A stretch of DNA of 64,000 nucleotides from NCBI GenBank assembly GCA_023898585.1, contig CP060229.1, forward strand, positions 462,763 through 526,762, given 5' to 3'. Below the pieces are notes generated by a model that saw nothing but the letters and a program-made list of their open reading frames with translations, was not told where the DNA came from and ran no database searches. The first letter of the stretch is position 1. Every line of letters begins with the position of its first letter. The position numbers were made by a program, and so were the translations under genes. This DNA comes from Candidatus Nomurabacteria bacterium. GTDB lineage: Bacteria > Patescibacteriota > Minisyncoccia > Phycocordibacterales > UBA918. Below, piece by piece: positions 20,769-29,949 of the stretch.

Positions 20769-20793
20769 TCGTCTCTGAAAAAAGAAAACACCT

Positions 20794-20871
20794 CCAGCCC
20801 TAGGTCTTGCCTAGGGCTGGTAGCGGTTAATCATGAAAATACCAACAAGACTCCCTAGGCAAGACCTGGGG
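20794..20871. repeat. pair of REP-like hairpins in inverted orientation (CCAGCCCTAGG-TCTTG-CCTAGGGCTGG and CCCTAGG-CAAGA-CCTGGGG) directly upstream of the RAYT-like gene
   Basis: Both hairpins read from the sequence; loop TCTTG in one and its complement CAAGA in the other. Confidence 0.5.
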
Positions 20872-20876
20872 TTTTT

Positions 20877-21617
20877 GTGTTAATACGAATTCAGTGTCAC
20901 AAAGAAGTTACAATTTTGTACCCGGTGAATTCTACCACTTGTATAATCAGTGGTACTGATAAAAGAACCATCTTTCAGAGTTCTGATGATTATAAAAGAT
21001 TTCAGGACTCGCTTTATTTATCGAACACGCGTGAGAATATTAACGTTAGAGACAGGTTAAAGGGAGTTTGTAATCCTTACAGCATAGAGCGTAACAATCC
21101 GCTTGTTGCGATCGGTACGTATTGTTTAATGCCTAATCATTTTCATTTACTAGCAACACCACTTTATGAAAATGGGGTAAGTTTGTTTTTACAAAAGCTA
21201 TTAACGAGCTACTCAATGTATTTCAATCAAAAGTACGAAAGAACCGGAGGATTGTTTGAGGGAAAATTCAAATCACAATTAGCTGATGATGGGTACTTAA
21301 AATATTTATTTTCATATATCCATCTTAATCCCGTGAAACTGATCCAGTCCGATTGGAAAGAACGAGGTGTCGAATATGTTGATGTTTCTTATGATTTTGT
21401 TTCTGACTACCAACATTCAAGCTTGCCAGCTTATTTGGGGGTGGACAGACCCGAAAATAAAATTTTGGACAAGCAAGCTTTTCCAAATTATTCCAATGAT
21501 TACGAAGACATAAAAACCGAACTATTTGAGTGGTTGAAGTATAAAAACAATGAAAATGACTTGTTGGGGGCAAATGTTCCAAGGGTTGCTATTGGAGCAT
21601 ACTACTCGGTAGCTTGA
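20877..21617 (+). mobile_element. REP-associated tyrosine transposase (RAYT) / IS200-like Y1 transposase homologue
   Basis: HxH motif in CLMPNHFHLLATP; catalytic Tyr context YIHLNPVKL; N-terminal IFQSSDDYKRFQDSL resembles the IFxDDEDRxRFLELL region of Y1 transposases. Confidence 0.6.
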
Positions 21618-21672
21618 GAGAGCATATCATTTTGATTTTGTCTGGTATAATATTCATATAAGCATTCACGAC

Positions 21673-21828
21673 ATGAATCAAAAGGAGCATTATTCACAAC
21701 CGAAAATACCGGTACCGATTTCGCAAAAAATTCTCAACAAGACTTTTTACCGTTTTTTCTTTAGTTTCATTGCAGTTATTGCCGGAGTGCTCTTGCTTAT
21801 TCTGGTCGTCGGGGTAGGAGGTGGGTTA
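21673..21828 (+). CDS. possible 51-aa small membrane protein (not in the supplied ORF track)
   Basis: ATG preceded by AAGGAG-like purine tract is part of the ORF itself; translates to MNQKEHYSQPKIPVPISQKILNKTFYRFFFSFIAVIAGVLLLILVVGVGGGL; TTGATT-17-TATAAT promoter-like at 21632-21660. Confidence 0.25.
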
Positions 21829-22327
21829 TAATTGGTTTGTTATGTTGCGTATCACGGATCAGTATTTTTGGAATTTATTTTTCCTGATCTTTTTCTTAGT
21901 CCTTGTAGTGATGGGTTCTATTATACTAGAGACAGAAGCCAGGATTCCTCTCGCCGATTTGGGTTTGACCGATTATGTCCTCATAACTCTCGCTTCTTGG
22001 CGACTTACACGACTTTTTGTCTATGATGTCGTCACAAGATGGTTCCGGGAGCAATTTTGGGACGTGAAGAAGATAGGTAAGGGTCACCGTCTTGAAAAAC
22101 CAAAAACTGGACCGCGTCGCACCTTGGCGGACTTGCTCGATTGTCCTTGGTGCTTTGGTGTTTGGGCAACAGCAACGGTTGTCTTTTTCTATCTTATAAC
22201 TCCCTATGCGGTATTCCCGGTAATCGTTTTAGCGTTGTCTAGTGTGGCAACTTTCCTACAGCTTGTAGCCAATATGGTTGGACATAAAGCAGAACAACTG
22301 AAAAATCAAAATGAATCAATAACATAA
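21821..22327 (+). CDS. integral membrane protein, DUF1360-like (CPWC motif)
   Basis: Four predicted TM helices; DLLDCPWCFGVWATA motif. Confidence 0.4.
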   Translation: MGYNWFVMLRITDQYFWNLFFLIFFLVLVVMGSIILETEARIPLADLGLTDYVLITLASWRLTRLFVYDVVTRWFREQFWDVKKIGKGHRLEKPKTGPRRTLADLLDCPWCFGVWATATVVFFYLITPYAVFPVIVLALSSVATFLQLVANMVGHKAEQLKNQNESIT

Positions 22328-22711
22328 GAGATCTGGCTACTTGTGCACACAGTAAGTGTGGTTTTGCCGGGAAATATATTTTGTCGGGATGCAGAGTGAG
22401 AAAATGCGGGGCATTTTCGCAAGACTCATTGAGAATTTTTGCAAAGATATGAGCAAAAATCCAATGAGTGGACAGCCTCTGTAAGAGGGCGAACTCGGGC
22501 CACACCCCTTAGGGTCTCGAATGTCTCCAAGACATCCGGTAAAAAACAGAGTCGGGCTAGGTAGTTGTAACTGTCTGGGAGACAGTTACAAAACTGCCAG
22601 CACATTCTTTCAGGTCGACAGTCTCCCAGACTTCAAGGAAATTCTGGTAGTGGTAACCGGAATTGAAAAATCATTTATAAAAAGTCTCCCAGAAGTTCGA
22701 AAAATCCAAAG

Positions 22712-22782
22712 TCGGGCCGCCGAGAATCGAACTCGGACCACACCCACCCCATGGGCGCACACTACCACTATGCTACGGCCCG
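22712..22782 (-). tRNA. tRNA-Pro (anticodon GGG)
   Basis: Folds as acceptor CGGGCCG/CGGCCCG (C1-G72, as in bacterial tRNA-Pro), D-arm GCAT..GTGT, anticodon stem CGCCC/GGGTG, loop AUGGGGU (U33, anticodon GGG, G37), T-arm CCGAG-TTCGATT-CTCGG, discriminator A. Confidence 0.7.
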
Positions 22783-22899
22783 ACTTTGTATTTTTCCCAA
22801 CAGGGCAAATACTACCACTACACCCCGAATAATCACAGTATAAACAATCTAAATCAGCTTGAAAAGGTTGTATGCTGAGATCACAAACAGCCTTTACTT

Positions 22900-23105
22900 T
22901 TCCCGACCATCTGTTAAATTATTCTCCAACAGGCTCATGACAGCTGGTTTCTGAACGTAAAGGTTCAGAAGTAATGAATCGTTTGATTCGCCCGCCGAGG
23001 TCCACTATCTATTTTTGATACTGGAGGTCGAAGCCTAGGGTGGGAAAAACACTTCGTGTTTTTCCCACCGTGGGCCTGTAAATTTAATCACGTAAACAAA
23101 TAACA
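22900..23105 (+). promoter_or_regulatory. probable L10 (rplJ) leader / autoregulatory 5' UTR
   Basis: Structured region with hairpin GGGAAAAACAC-TTCG-GTGTTTTTCCC directly upstream of rplJ. Confidence 0.35.
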
Positions 23106-23107
23106 AC

Positions 23108-23596
23108 GTGGCAATTACAAAAACAAAAAAGGAGTCAATTCTCACTAAACTAGATGGCGTAAAAAACGACTCGGAGTCAATCGTGTTTGTTAAATTCAAC
23201 GGCATGACTGTTGATAACACGACAGCTATGCGGTCGGAGTTGAGAAGCAATGGTGTAGGTTTTTATGTCGCCAAGAAAACCCTCATGAAGCGCACCTTCG
23301 GAGGAGTGTTTGAAGGGAAAATGCCAGAGCTTGAAGGTGAGATTGCGTTAGCGTACAGTAAAGACGCAATTGCTCCTGCGCAGAAGATAAAAGAATTCGC
23401 AGGCAAATACAAAGATAATTTGGAGATTGTCGGTGGCGTATTCCAAGGTGTCTTTAAAAATGCCGGGGAAATGACCGAAATCGCTTTGATTCCACCATTG
23501 CCGGTACTAAGAGGTATGTTTGTAAACGTTATCAATTCACCAATCCAAGGTTTGGTATTGGGGCTAAATGCTATCGCCGACAAGAAGTCTGCATAG
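23108..23596 (+). CDS. rplJ: ribosomal protein L10
   Basis: N-terminus AITKTKKESILTKLDGV..., L10 length, followed by rplL. Confidence 0.9.
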   Translation: MAITKTKKESILTKLDGVKNDSESIVFVKFNGMTVDNTTAMRSELRSNGVGFYVAKKTLMKRTFGGVFEGKMPELEGEIALAYSKDAIAPAQKIKEFAGKYKDNLEIVGGVFQGVFKNAGEMTEIALIPPLPVLRGMFVNVINSPIQGLVLGLNAIADKKSA

Positions 23597-23612
23597 TTAA
23601 TTAAAAAATATC

Positions 23613-24137
23613 ATGAGTGATGAAAAAGAAACAAAGGTAGCGGATACTACCGAAGAAACTGCAGCTCAAGAAGTGGCAGAAGAAACCAAAGAAGAGAAGA
23701 AAGAAGAAGCGAAAATAGAAGAGAAGGCAGAGGAGAAAGCTTCTGACGTTGACGAATCAATTGAGGTGCCGGAACAATTTAAGGCGCTCATTGATCAAGT
23801 AGAGAAAATGTCAGTACTTGAACTACATGAACTCGTCAAGGTTTTGGAAAAAAGATTCGGAGTATCAGCTTCAGCTGTGGCTGTCGCTGCTCCGGCCGGT
23901 GGAGCTGATGCTTCCGCCGAAGAACAATCAGAGTTTACCGTTGAGCTGACTGAAGCCGGAGGACAGAAAATCGCCGTCATTAAGGCTGTGAAAGAAATTC
24001 TCGGACTGGGTCTTAAAGAAGCAAAAGACATGGTAGACGGAGCTCCTGCTATCTTGAAGGAGAATGTGAAGAAAGAAGACGCGGAGGCCATGAAGGCAAA
24101 GTTTGAAGAGGCTGGCGCTACCGTAACTTTGAAATAA
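23613..24137 (+). CDS. rplL: ribosomal protein L7/L12 with a roughly 50-aa acidic/Lys-rich N-terminal extension (alternative start at 23809)
   Basis: [32 protein letters not shown] hinge and C-terminal domain [32 protein letters not shown]. Confidence 0.9.
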   Translation: MSDEKETKVADTTEETAAQEVAEETKEEKKEEAKIEEKAEEKASDVDESIEVPEQFKALIDQVEKMSVLELHELVKVLEKRFGVSASAVAVAAPAGGADASAEEQSEFTVELTEAGGQKIAVIKAVKEILGLGLKEAKDMVDGAPAILKENVKKEDAEAMKAKFEEAGATVTLK

Positions 24138-24149
24138 GTTTTGTAGACC

Positions 24150-24190
24150 ATAAACAAAAAGCGCAGGCTTGTCCTGGCGCTTTTTGTTTT
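24150..24190 (+). terminator. rho-independent terminator after rplL
   Basis: AAAAAGCGCAGG..CCTGGCGCTTTTTGTTTT. Confidence 0.6.
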
Positions 24191-24577
24191 GGCAAAAAAC
24201 TTTCAAAGTTACGGTAGAGGCGCAGCGATGTGAGGAGTGGCTTTAGCCCGCCACGACGAACCAGTGGTAAAACAGTCTGGGAGACTGCTTTACGGCCCGC
24301 GAGCACTTAGTAGAATTGGAGCGAAGCGAACGATTATACTTAGTGACTTGTGGGACTGTTACGATCTCTGATATGAACTCGATGTCCATAATCAGAGGTA
24401 TTAAAAAGGAGGACTTGTGACGGAGCGAAAGTGCTTTCAAATTATTTATTCACACACTTTTTTCGATGTCTGCTTTGCGCCCCGTGTCAATCTTAAAACA
24501 TTTGCAGTTAAGTTGATTATGCTTTATAAATGAGCGGGCGAGTTTTTTTGTGTAAGTCAATCTGGAGCTGATTATTA

Positions 24578-24985
24578 ATGATAATTCGGGCAACAAATCA
24601 TTTTCAGGAAAAAGTGAAAATAGCGGTCAATGAATCTTTGGGGTGCTACGGGTACGTTTCTATAGATTGTGGAGATAATATTAGATGGAGTCTAGTGGGA
24701 GTAGGACTCGGAACCAATCCCAGGCTGGCGACACTTTACTACCAACCATCTTCAGACGAAGATTGTGTCAATCTTACCTTCAGTATCGGGTTGGACGGAA
24801 AAACTTACAGCGTCTTTTTACAAGGTCAGGAGAAGATGCCGAAGTTACTCAATTTGTTTAAGGAACTGGGCGCTGAAGAGACTGAAACGGAGTTACACAC
24901 CAACATTTTTAACTGGAAGATACACATGCCTTTCGGAAGTATAAGTGAGGTCTTCGACAAAATTTGCCTAGTGTTGTCAGGGTAA
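24578..24985 (+). CDS. hypothetical protein
   Basis: ORF followed by terminator hairpin CCCGCCA..TGGCGGG + T-run. Confidence 0.3.
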   Translation: MIIRATNHFQEKVKIAVNESLGCYGYVSIDCGDNIRWSLVGVGLGTNPRLATLYYQPSSDEDCVNLTFSIGLDGKTYSVFLQGQEKMPKLLNLFKELGAEETETELHTNIFNWKIHMPFGSISEVFDKICLVLSG

Positions 24986-25010
24986 ACTTCATTACCGACA
25001 ATCGGCAATC

Positions 25011-25230
25011 ATCTTTAATCACCCGCCACTTCGAACATGGCGGGCTTTTCTTTACTAGTTTGTCGCAGAACGCCCCGAGCTCTTAGCTCGGGGATGAATG
25101 CGACGTTAAACTAGTGCCGGCGGAGCCGGCTCCATAGCTAGCAAAAATCCCCGTGAAAAGTAACCCCGTTACTTTTCACCTATGCCGAAGGCACAGTGGC
25201 AAACGCCCTGTGCTCTTGGCACAGGGATTT
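25011..25230. repeat. cluster of five distinct perfect hairpins in one intergenic region (stems 6-12 bp)
   Basis: CCCGCCA/TGGCGGG; CCCCGAGC-TCTTA-GCTCGGGG; GCCGGC-GGA-GCCGGC; GTGAAAAGTAAC-CCC-GTTACTTTTCAC; CCCTGTGC-TCTTG-GCACAGGG. Confidence 0.6.
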
Positions 25231-25304
25231 TTACCTCAATCACGACATTTGGCGCTCACACTGTCTACTGAAATCTCATGCTATAATCTCGACACATTTT
25301 CAGT

Positions 25305-25940
25305 ATGTCAGATCCACTTTCTATTCTGTTTGGGAGCGCTTCCAGAGTTAAATTACTTCGCTTTTTCTTGTTTAATCCGTCCAAGGAATTTCTGTTTGAT
25401 GATATTAGTCGGCGCGCTAAATTGGTTCGCAGAACAGCTCGCACGGAAATGTCGGCTTTAGAAAAGGCTGGAGTGATCAAGCAAAAAAGCATGTATATGG
25501 AGGTGGAAGGAAAATCTAAAAAGCTGAAAGCCGTTGGGTATATCCTCAACAAGGACTTTCCAGAACTACAGGCACTGCAGACTTTTTTGTTCGAAACGGC
25601 GCCGATAGACGGCAAAAATCTGCTCAAACATTTGCGTCAGGCCGGAGTTTTGGATTTTGTCGGAGTGGCGGGAGTGTTTGTGCGGGATTTTGAACAACAA
25701 CTCGATGTGCTTTTGGCGATGAAGAAATTTTCCCAAAATAAAGTCGAAAAGGCCATTCGTTCGCTCGAAGCGGAAATTGGTGTGGAAATTCGTTTTGCCG
25801 CTATGTCTTCGGAGGATCTTATGTATCGAGTGGGGATGTATGACAAATTAACGCGTGATTTCTTTGATTACCCACATCAAGTATTGGTCGACCGGATTGG
25901 AGTGAAAGATGAGGTGACTTCGGGGTCGTATAGGATGTAG
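25305..25940 (+). CDS. hypothetical protein with N-terminal winged-helix (MarR/ArsR-like) segment
   Basis: SASRVKLLRFFLFNPSKEFLFDDISRRAKLVRRTARTEMSALEKAGVI. Confidence 0.35.
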   Translation: MSDPLSILFGSASRVKLLRFFLFNPSKEFLFDDISRRAKLVRRTARTEMSALEKAGVIKQKSMYMEVEGKSKKLKAVGYILNKDFPELQALQTFLFETAPIDGKNLLKHLRQAGVLDFVGVAGVFVRDFEQQLDVLLAMKKFSQNKVEKAIRSLEAEIGVEIRFAAMSSEDLMYRVGMYDKLTRDFFDYPHQVLVDRIGVKDEVTSGSYRM

Positions 25941-26133
25941 GGTCATGGGATGAATGATAATCATAAATATTTTTGCTTGCATTCCAAAACTTTCCCCGAC
26001 CAGTTTCTAAGGCATAAGAACGTCTTTAAGTGATTAAGTACATAATTTTCTACCCAAGATGAATCAAACATTGTGAAAATATGGTATAATATCGGGGTAA
26101 GAGGTTTTACAAACCTAATAATTTAATTAACCT

Positions 26134-26805
26134 ATGGACTACAATTTGTATGGTTCTATTGAACATTCAGTAACATCTTTGTGGGTTGATATGGTGCAGT
26201 TTGCCCCACAATTGGTCGTCGCTATTCTCGTTCTTATTGTTGGTTGGATAATCGGCGGTGTCTTTTCCGGTATTATCCGAAGAGGATTCAAGACTTTACA
26301 TATTGACGACGCTCTTGATAAAGCCGGTGTGGACAATCTCTCAAAGAAAGCCGGCTATGACTTTAAGCCGGGATATTTCGCCGGAAGTCTTGTTAAGTGG
26401 TTCGTTTTCCTCGCCTTCGCCGTGGTGGCTTTTGACATTCTTGGTTTGGGAGAAGTGAATATCTTCATGAGGGAAGTGGTGCTCGGATATTTGCCACAAG
26501 TATTTGTCGCAGTATTGATTCTGTTCGCCGCGATGTTGATTGCAGATGTTGCCAGTAAAGCGCTAGTCGCAGCTTTGCGCACCAGCGGAGCTGGTAACCC
26601 GGAATTTTTCGGCAAAGTAGCCTACTATCTGGTCATTGTGTTTGCCGTTTTGGCGGTATTGAATCAGTTGCAAATCGCTGACGAACTCGTTCAGACTCTG
26701 TTTACTGGTGTTGTCTTCGCACTTTCTTTGGCCGGCGGTCTAGCCTTTGGTCTCGGAGGTAAAGAAGCAGCTGGTAGATATATTGACCGAATGACACGTC
26801 AGTAA
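26134..26805 (+). CDS. membrane protein with repeated conserved TM-helix units (MscS-N-terminal-like TM_helix repeats)
   Basis: Four similar hydrophobic helix units each followed by a short polar segment. Confidence 0.45.
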   Translation: MDYNLYGSIEHSVTSLWVDMVQFAPQLVVAILVLIVGWIIGGVFSGIIRRGFKTLHIDDALDKAGVDNLSKKAGYDFKPGYFAGSLVKWFVFLAFAVVAFDILGLGEVNIFMREVVLGYLPQVFVAVLILFAAMLIADVASKALVAALRTSGAGNPEFFGKVAYYLVIVFAVLAVLNQLQIADELVQTLFTGVVFALSLAGGLAFGLGGKEAAGRYIDRMTRQ

Positions 26806-26825
26806 ACATCAATAACGGTGACCCT

Positions 26826-26862
26826 AAAAATCCACTCGTTTCACGCAAAGAGTGGATTTTTA
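26826..26862. terminator. bidirectional hairpin AAAAATCCACTC...GAGTGGATTTTT
   Basis: Perfect 12-bp inverted repeat with flanking T-run. Confidence 0.7.
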
Positions 26863-26869
26863 CTTTTTT

Positions 26870-27445
26870 TCAAGGATTTGAAAAACAATCTCCGTGGTTG
26901 AAAGTAGTGTTGGCAAGTTGACCAAGTGTTCCAGCATGGACACCCCTGTCGACTCCCACGCAGTACCATTGGCCGGAATTTAACATGACCATGATAGCGT
27001 AGTATCGAGCCGGGTCAGGACGGGGCGTAGGTCCATTCTGGTGTATCCCCCAAATCATATATAGTCCACTCCCAAACAAACCATCGTGGTTTATGTTCTC
27101 CTCTATGCTGTAGCACAATTTTCTAAGTTCTGTTGCTTGAGGGCCGGTGAAACTCTTATCGGCACAACTCTCGCCTGGGGAGGTTGTGGGCGGTAAACGG
27201 AACCATTGTAAATCATTGTGAGCATAAGTGCCGGTCATGCCATAATCGAGCTCTATCGCGGTTACTATTGATCTTATTTGTTGTTTAATCAAAGTGTCCT
27301 TAGCTGTCATTCGCATATCTTTTAATGAAGACAAGACCACCGCAGATAAGATGCCAACAATAGTTATGACCACTAACAGTTCAATCAACGTAAAACCATC
27401 TTGTCTCAAGTGTTCATAAATGCTCTTGTCTCTGTCTATAGGCAT
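26870..27445 (-). CDS. type IV pilin / pseudopilin with prepilin N-terminal cleavage-methylation motif
   Basis: Leader MPIDRDKSIYEHLRQDG|FTLIELLVVITIVGILSAVV (G-F cleavage site, E+5), Cys pair in the C-terminal domain. Confidence 0.7.
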   Translation of the reverse strand: MPIDRDKSIYEHLRQDGFTLIELLVVITIVGILSAVVLSSLKDMRMTAKDTLIKQQIRSIVTAIELDYGMTGTYAHNDLQWFRLPPTTSPGESCADKSFTGPQATELRKLCYSIEENINHDGLFGSGLYMIWGIHQNGPTPRPDPARYYAIMVMLNSGQWYCVGVDRGVHAGTLGQLANTTFNHGDCFSNP

Positions 27446-27453
27446 GGTTGTGT

Positions 27454-27723
27454 TTACGAATCTAGGCCAGATACATCTATGCCCATAGACTCCAGATCGC
27501 GTAGCATTGATGGAGTCAGTTCATGGTTGTTGTTATTTTCAAAAAATAGCTCCTTATAAATAAAAATAGTAATAATTATTAATACTATCGATATGGAAAG
27601 CACGACGACAGTTGCTTGACCTTCTGTTTTAGCTCCACATTTCAAAGCGAGCTTAATCGGCCATGATTTATATCTCGTTTTATCTGTGTTGGGGTGCAGT
27701 TCTGCGTACATAGTACATACCAT
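27454..27723 (-). CDS. hypothetical small membrane protein
   Basis: Single TM helix; immediately upstream of the pilin gene on the same strand. Confidence 0.3.
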   Translation of the reverse strand: MVCTMYAELHPNTDKTRYKSWPIKLALKCGAKTEGQATVVVLSISIVLIIITIFIYKELFFENNNNHELTPSMLRDLESMGIDVSGLDS

Positions 27724-29138
27724 ATTACCATCTTTACCCGAGGTAATAGTGATAATTTAATCTAAATCTGTTAGTCTCCAATGACCAACTTACTTATCCG
27801 GAACTGGTGCTTGACTTTAATTTCTTTTTCTATAGAATAGCCATCACGTATTTATGAGTTTTGAGAAAAGAACACTTTCGTAGCAAGAAATTTCGCAGAT
27901 TGCGATTTAACTTGCCGCGAGATTGCGGTTTTTTCTTTCAAAATTCAAAGGGATGCGGGTTGTTTGACAATTCCCATGACCGAGCGTCACGCGACCAAAT
28001 GTGCGAACACTTTGTGTTCATTATTTGGTTGCATGACCGAGCGAATGGGGATTGTATGGCTTGACCATACAATCGCATATTCATTAAGGACAGGTTGATA
28101 AGACCTGTCCCAAAAAGTCCTACGGCGACATTGTTTTCTTGTGAGCGAATGCGAACTAGAAAACGAGAAGTGCCTTGTGGTAAATCGACGTCGTCGTAGG
28201 CAACCCCCGCATAAAGCTAGAATCGACGCTAGCGCGGGGGAGTAGGTAAAAAAGTGTGTCGGGTTAAGAGTTTGTCCAATCGGACAGGTCTTTTCGTCCT
28301 CGACACGCTAAACACAAAGATCGTAGATTTTCCTAAGGAAAAATCTACGATCAGTCCGGAGTATGTATCTCCGGACAACACTCAAAAAATTGTGCAGCGG
28401 TGCACAGCGTTTTTGTGAGGAGCATGTCATCAGCGAAATCTGGCGACGGACCTTACTTTCGAGCGAGCGAGTGAAATGGAAGTAGCCATCAGGCCATTTA
28501 CATTTCCGAGCGAGCGAAGAAAGCAAGGAACGTTATACAGAAACGCAGTTGATGTATAACGTTCCTTACAGGAACAAAGGGTGTATGGTGGATGCCTTGG
28601 CTTCAAGAAGCGATGAAGGACGTGATATGGCTGCGATAAGTTTCGGGGAGGTGCCAAATAACCTTTGATCCGGAAATGTCCCAATGGGGAAACCCTACTA
28701 CTTTCAGTAGTAACCCTTGTATGAGGGGGCGTACCTAGGGAAGTGAAACATCTCAGTACCTAGAGGAATAGAAAGCAATAGACGGAAATTTCTTTTTGAG
28801 CGGATGCTTTGCATCAGCTCATTGAGCATGGTGCTTTGCGCCATTACGCTCAAGAAGAAGGTTCTTGCGATTCCCGGAGTAGCGGCGAGCGAAAGGGGAA
28901 TAGCCCAAATCCTGCACCTTTTAAGGTGCAGGAGGTTGTAGGGCGGAATCTGCATTTAGTTGCAGAGAGTTACAAAACAGATATATAGGAAAACACGTTG
29001 GGAAGCGTGACCCCAGTAGGTAATAGTCCTGTATTCGAAATGTATCTGACTCTCTTGGTTCCGTTCCTGAGTAGCGCGGGACATGAATAGCCCGTGTGAA
29101 TCCACCAGTACTAACTGGTAAGGCTAAATATTCTTGAA

Positions 29139-29184
<46 letters not shown>

Positions 29185-29949
29185 GGAGAGGGGAGTGAAA
29201 TAGATCTGAAACCATACATCTACAAGGAGTCGGACCCAGCTCCAGATTCGTAATCTGAATCAACGGGCTTTATAAGATCAACCGCAGTTGTTTTATAGAG
29301 CAAAGTTGTGAAAATCGTGAATCTGGAGCTGGGGACGGCGTGCCTATTGAAGAATGAGCCGGCGAGTGTATATCTATGCTTTGTCTAAGTGGCAATCCCA
29401 CGGAGGCACAGTGAAAGCGAGCGTGAATAGCGCGAATATAGCGTAGGTATACGACCCGAAGCGGGAAGAGCTTGCCATGAGCAGGGTGAAGCGACTGTAA
29501 TAGGTCGTGGAGGCCCGAACCGGTTGGCCGTACAAAACCATCGGATGACTTGTGGTAAGGAGTGAAAAGCTAATCGATTTCCGTAATAGCTGGTTCTCTC
29601 CGAAACAGCTTTAGGGTTGGCGTCGTGTGTTTCCTACGGGGGTAGAGCACTGGAAGGTCAAAATAGGGGGAAACTTCGTTTGACCTATCAAACTCCGAAT
29701 ACCGTTAGGCCACAGCACGGCAGTTAGACTACGGGGGAGAAGCTCCGTTGGTCAAAAGGGAAACAGCCCAGATCGCCAGTTAAGGTCCCAAAATATATGC
29801 TCAGTGCAAAATGAGGAGGTGAGGATTCACAAACAGTGAGGAGGTTGGCTTAGAAGCAGCCATCCTTTAAAGATAGCGTAATAGCTCACTCATCGAGAGT
29901 CCTTGCGCCGAAAATGATCGGGGCTCAAGCATATTACCGAAACTGCGGA

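Noticed and set aside
22540-22730. Possible RNase P RNA, based on two AGUCGGGC-type motifs resembling the P4 strand GAAAGUCCGGGCUCC.
   Set aside because: No GGUAAGAGCGCACC, ACAGAA.CCGGCUUA or other universal RNase P elements are present. One motif copy is simply the tRNA-Pro acceptor/T region.
22521-22832. 103-aa ORF on the plus strand.
   Set aside because: It overlaps the well-folding reverse-strand tRNA-Pro and a hairpin-rich non-coding stretch.
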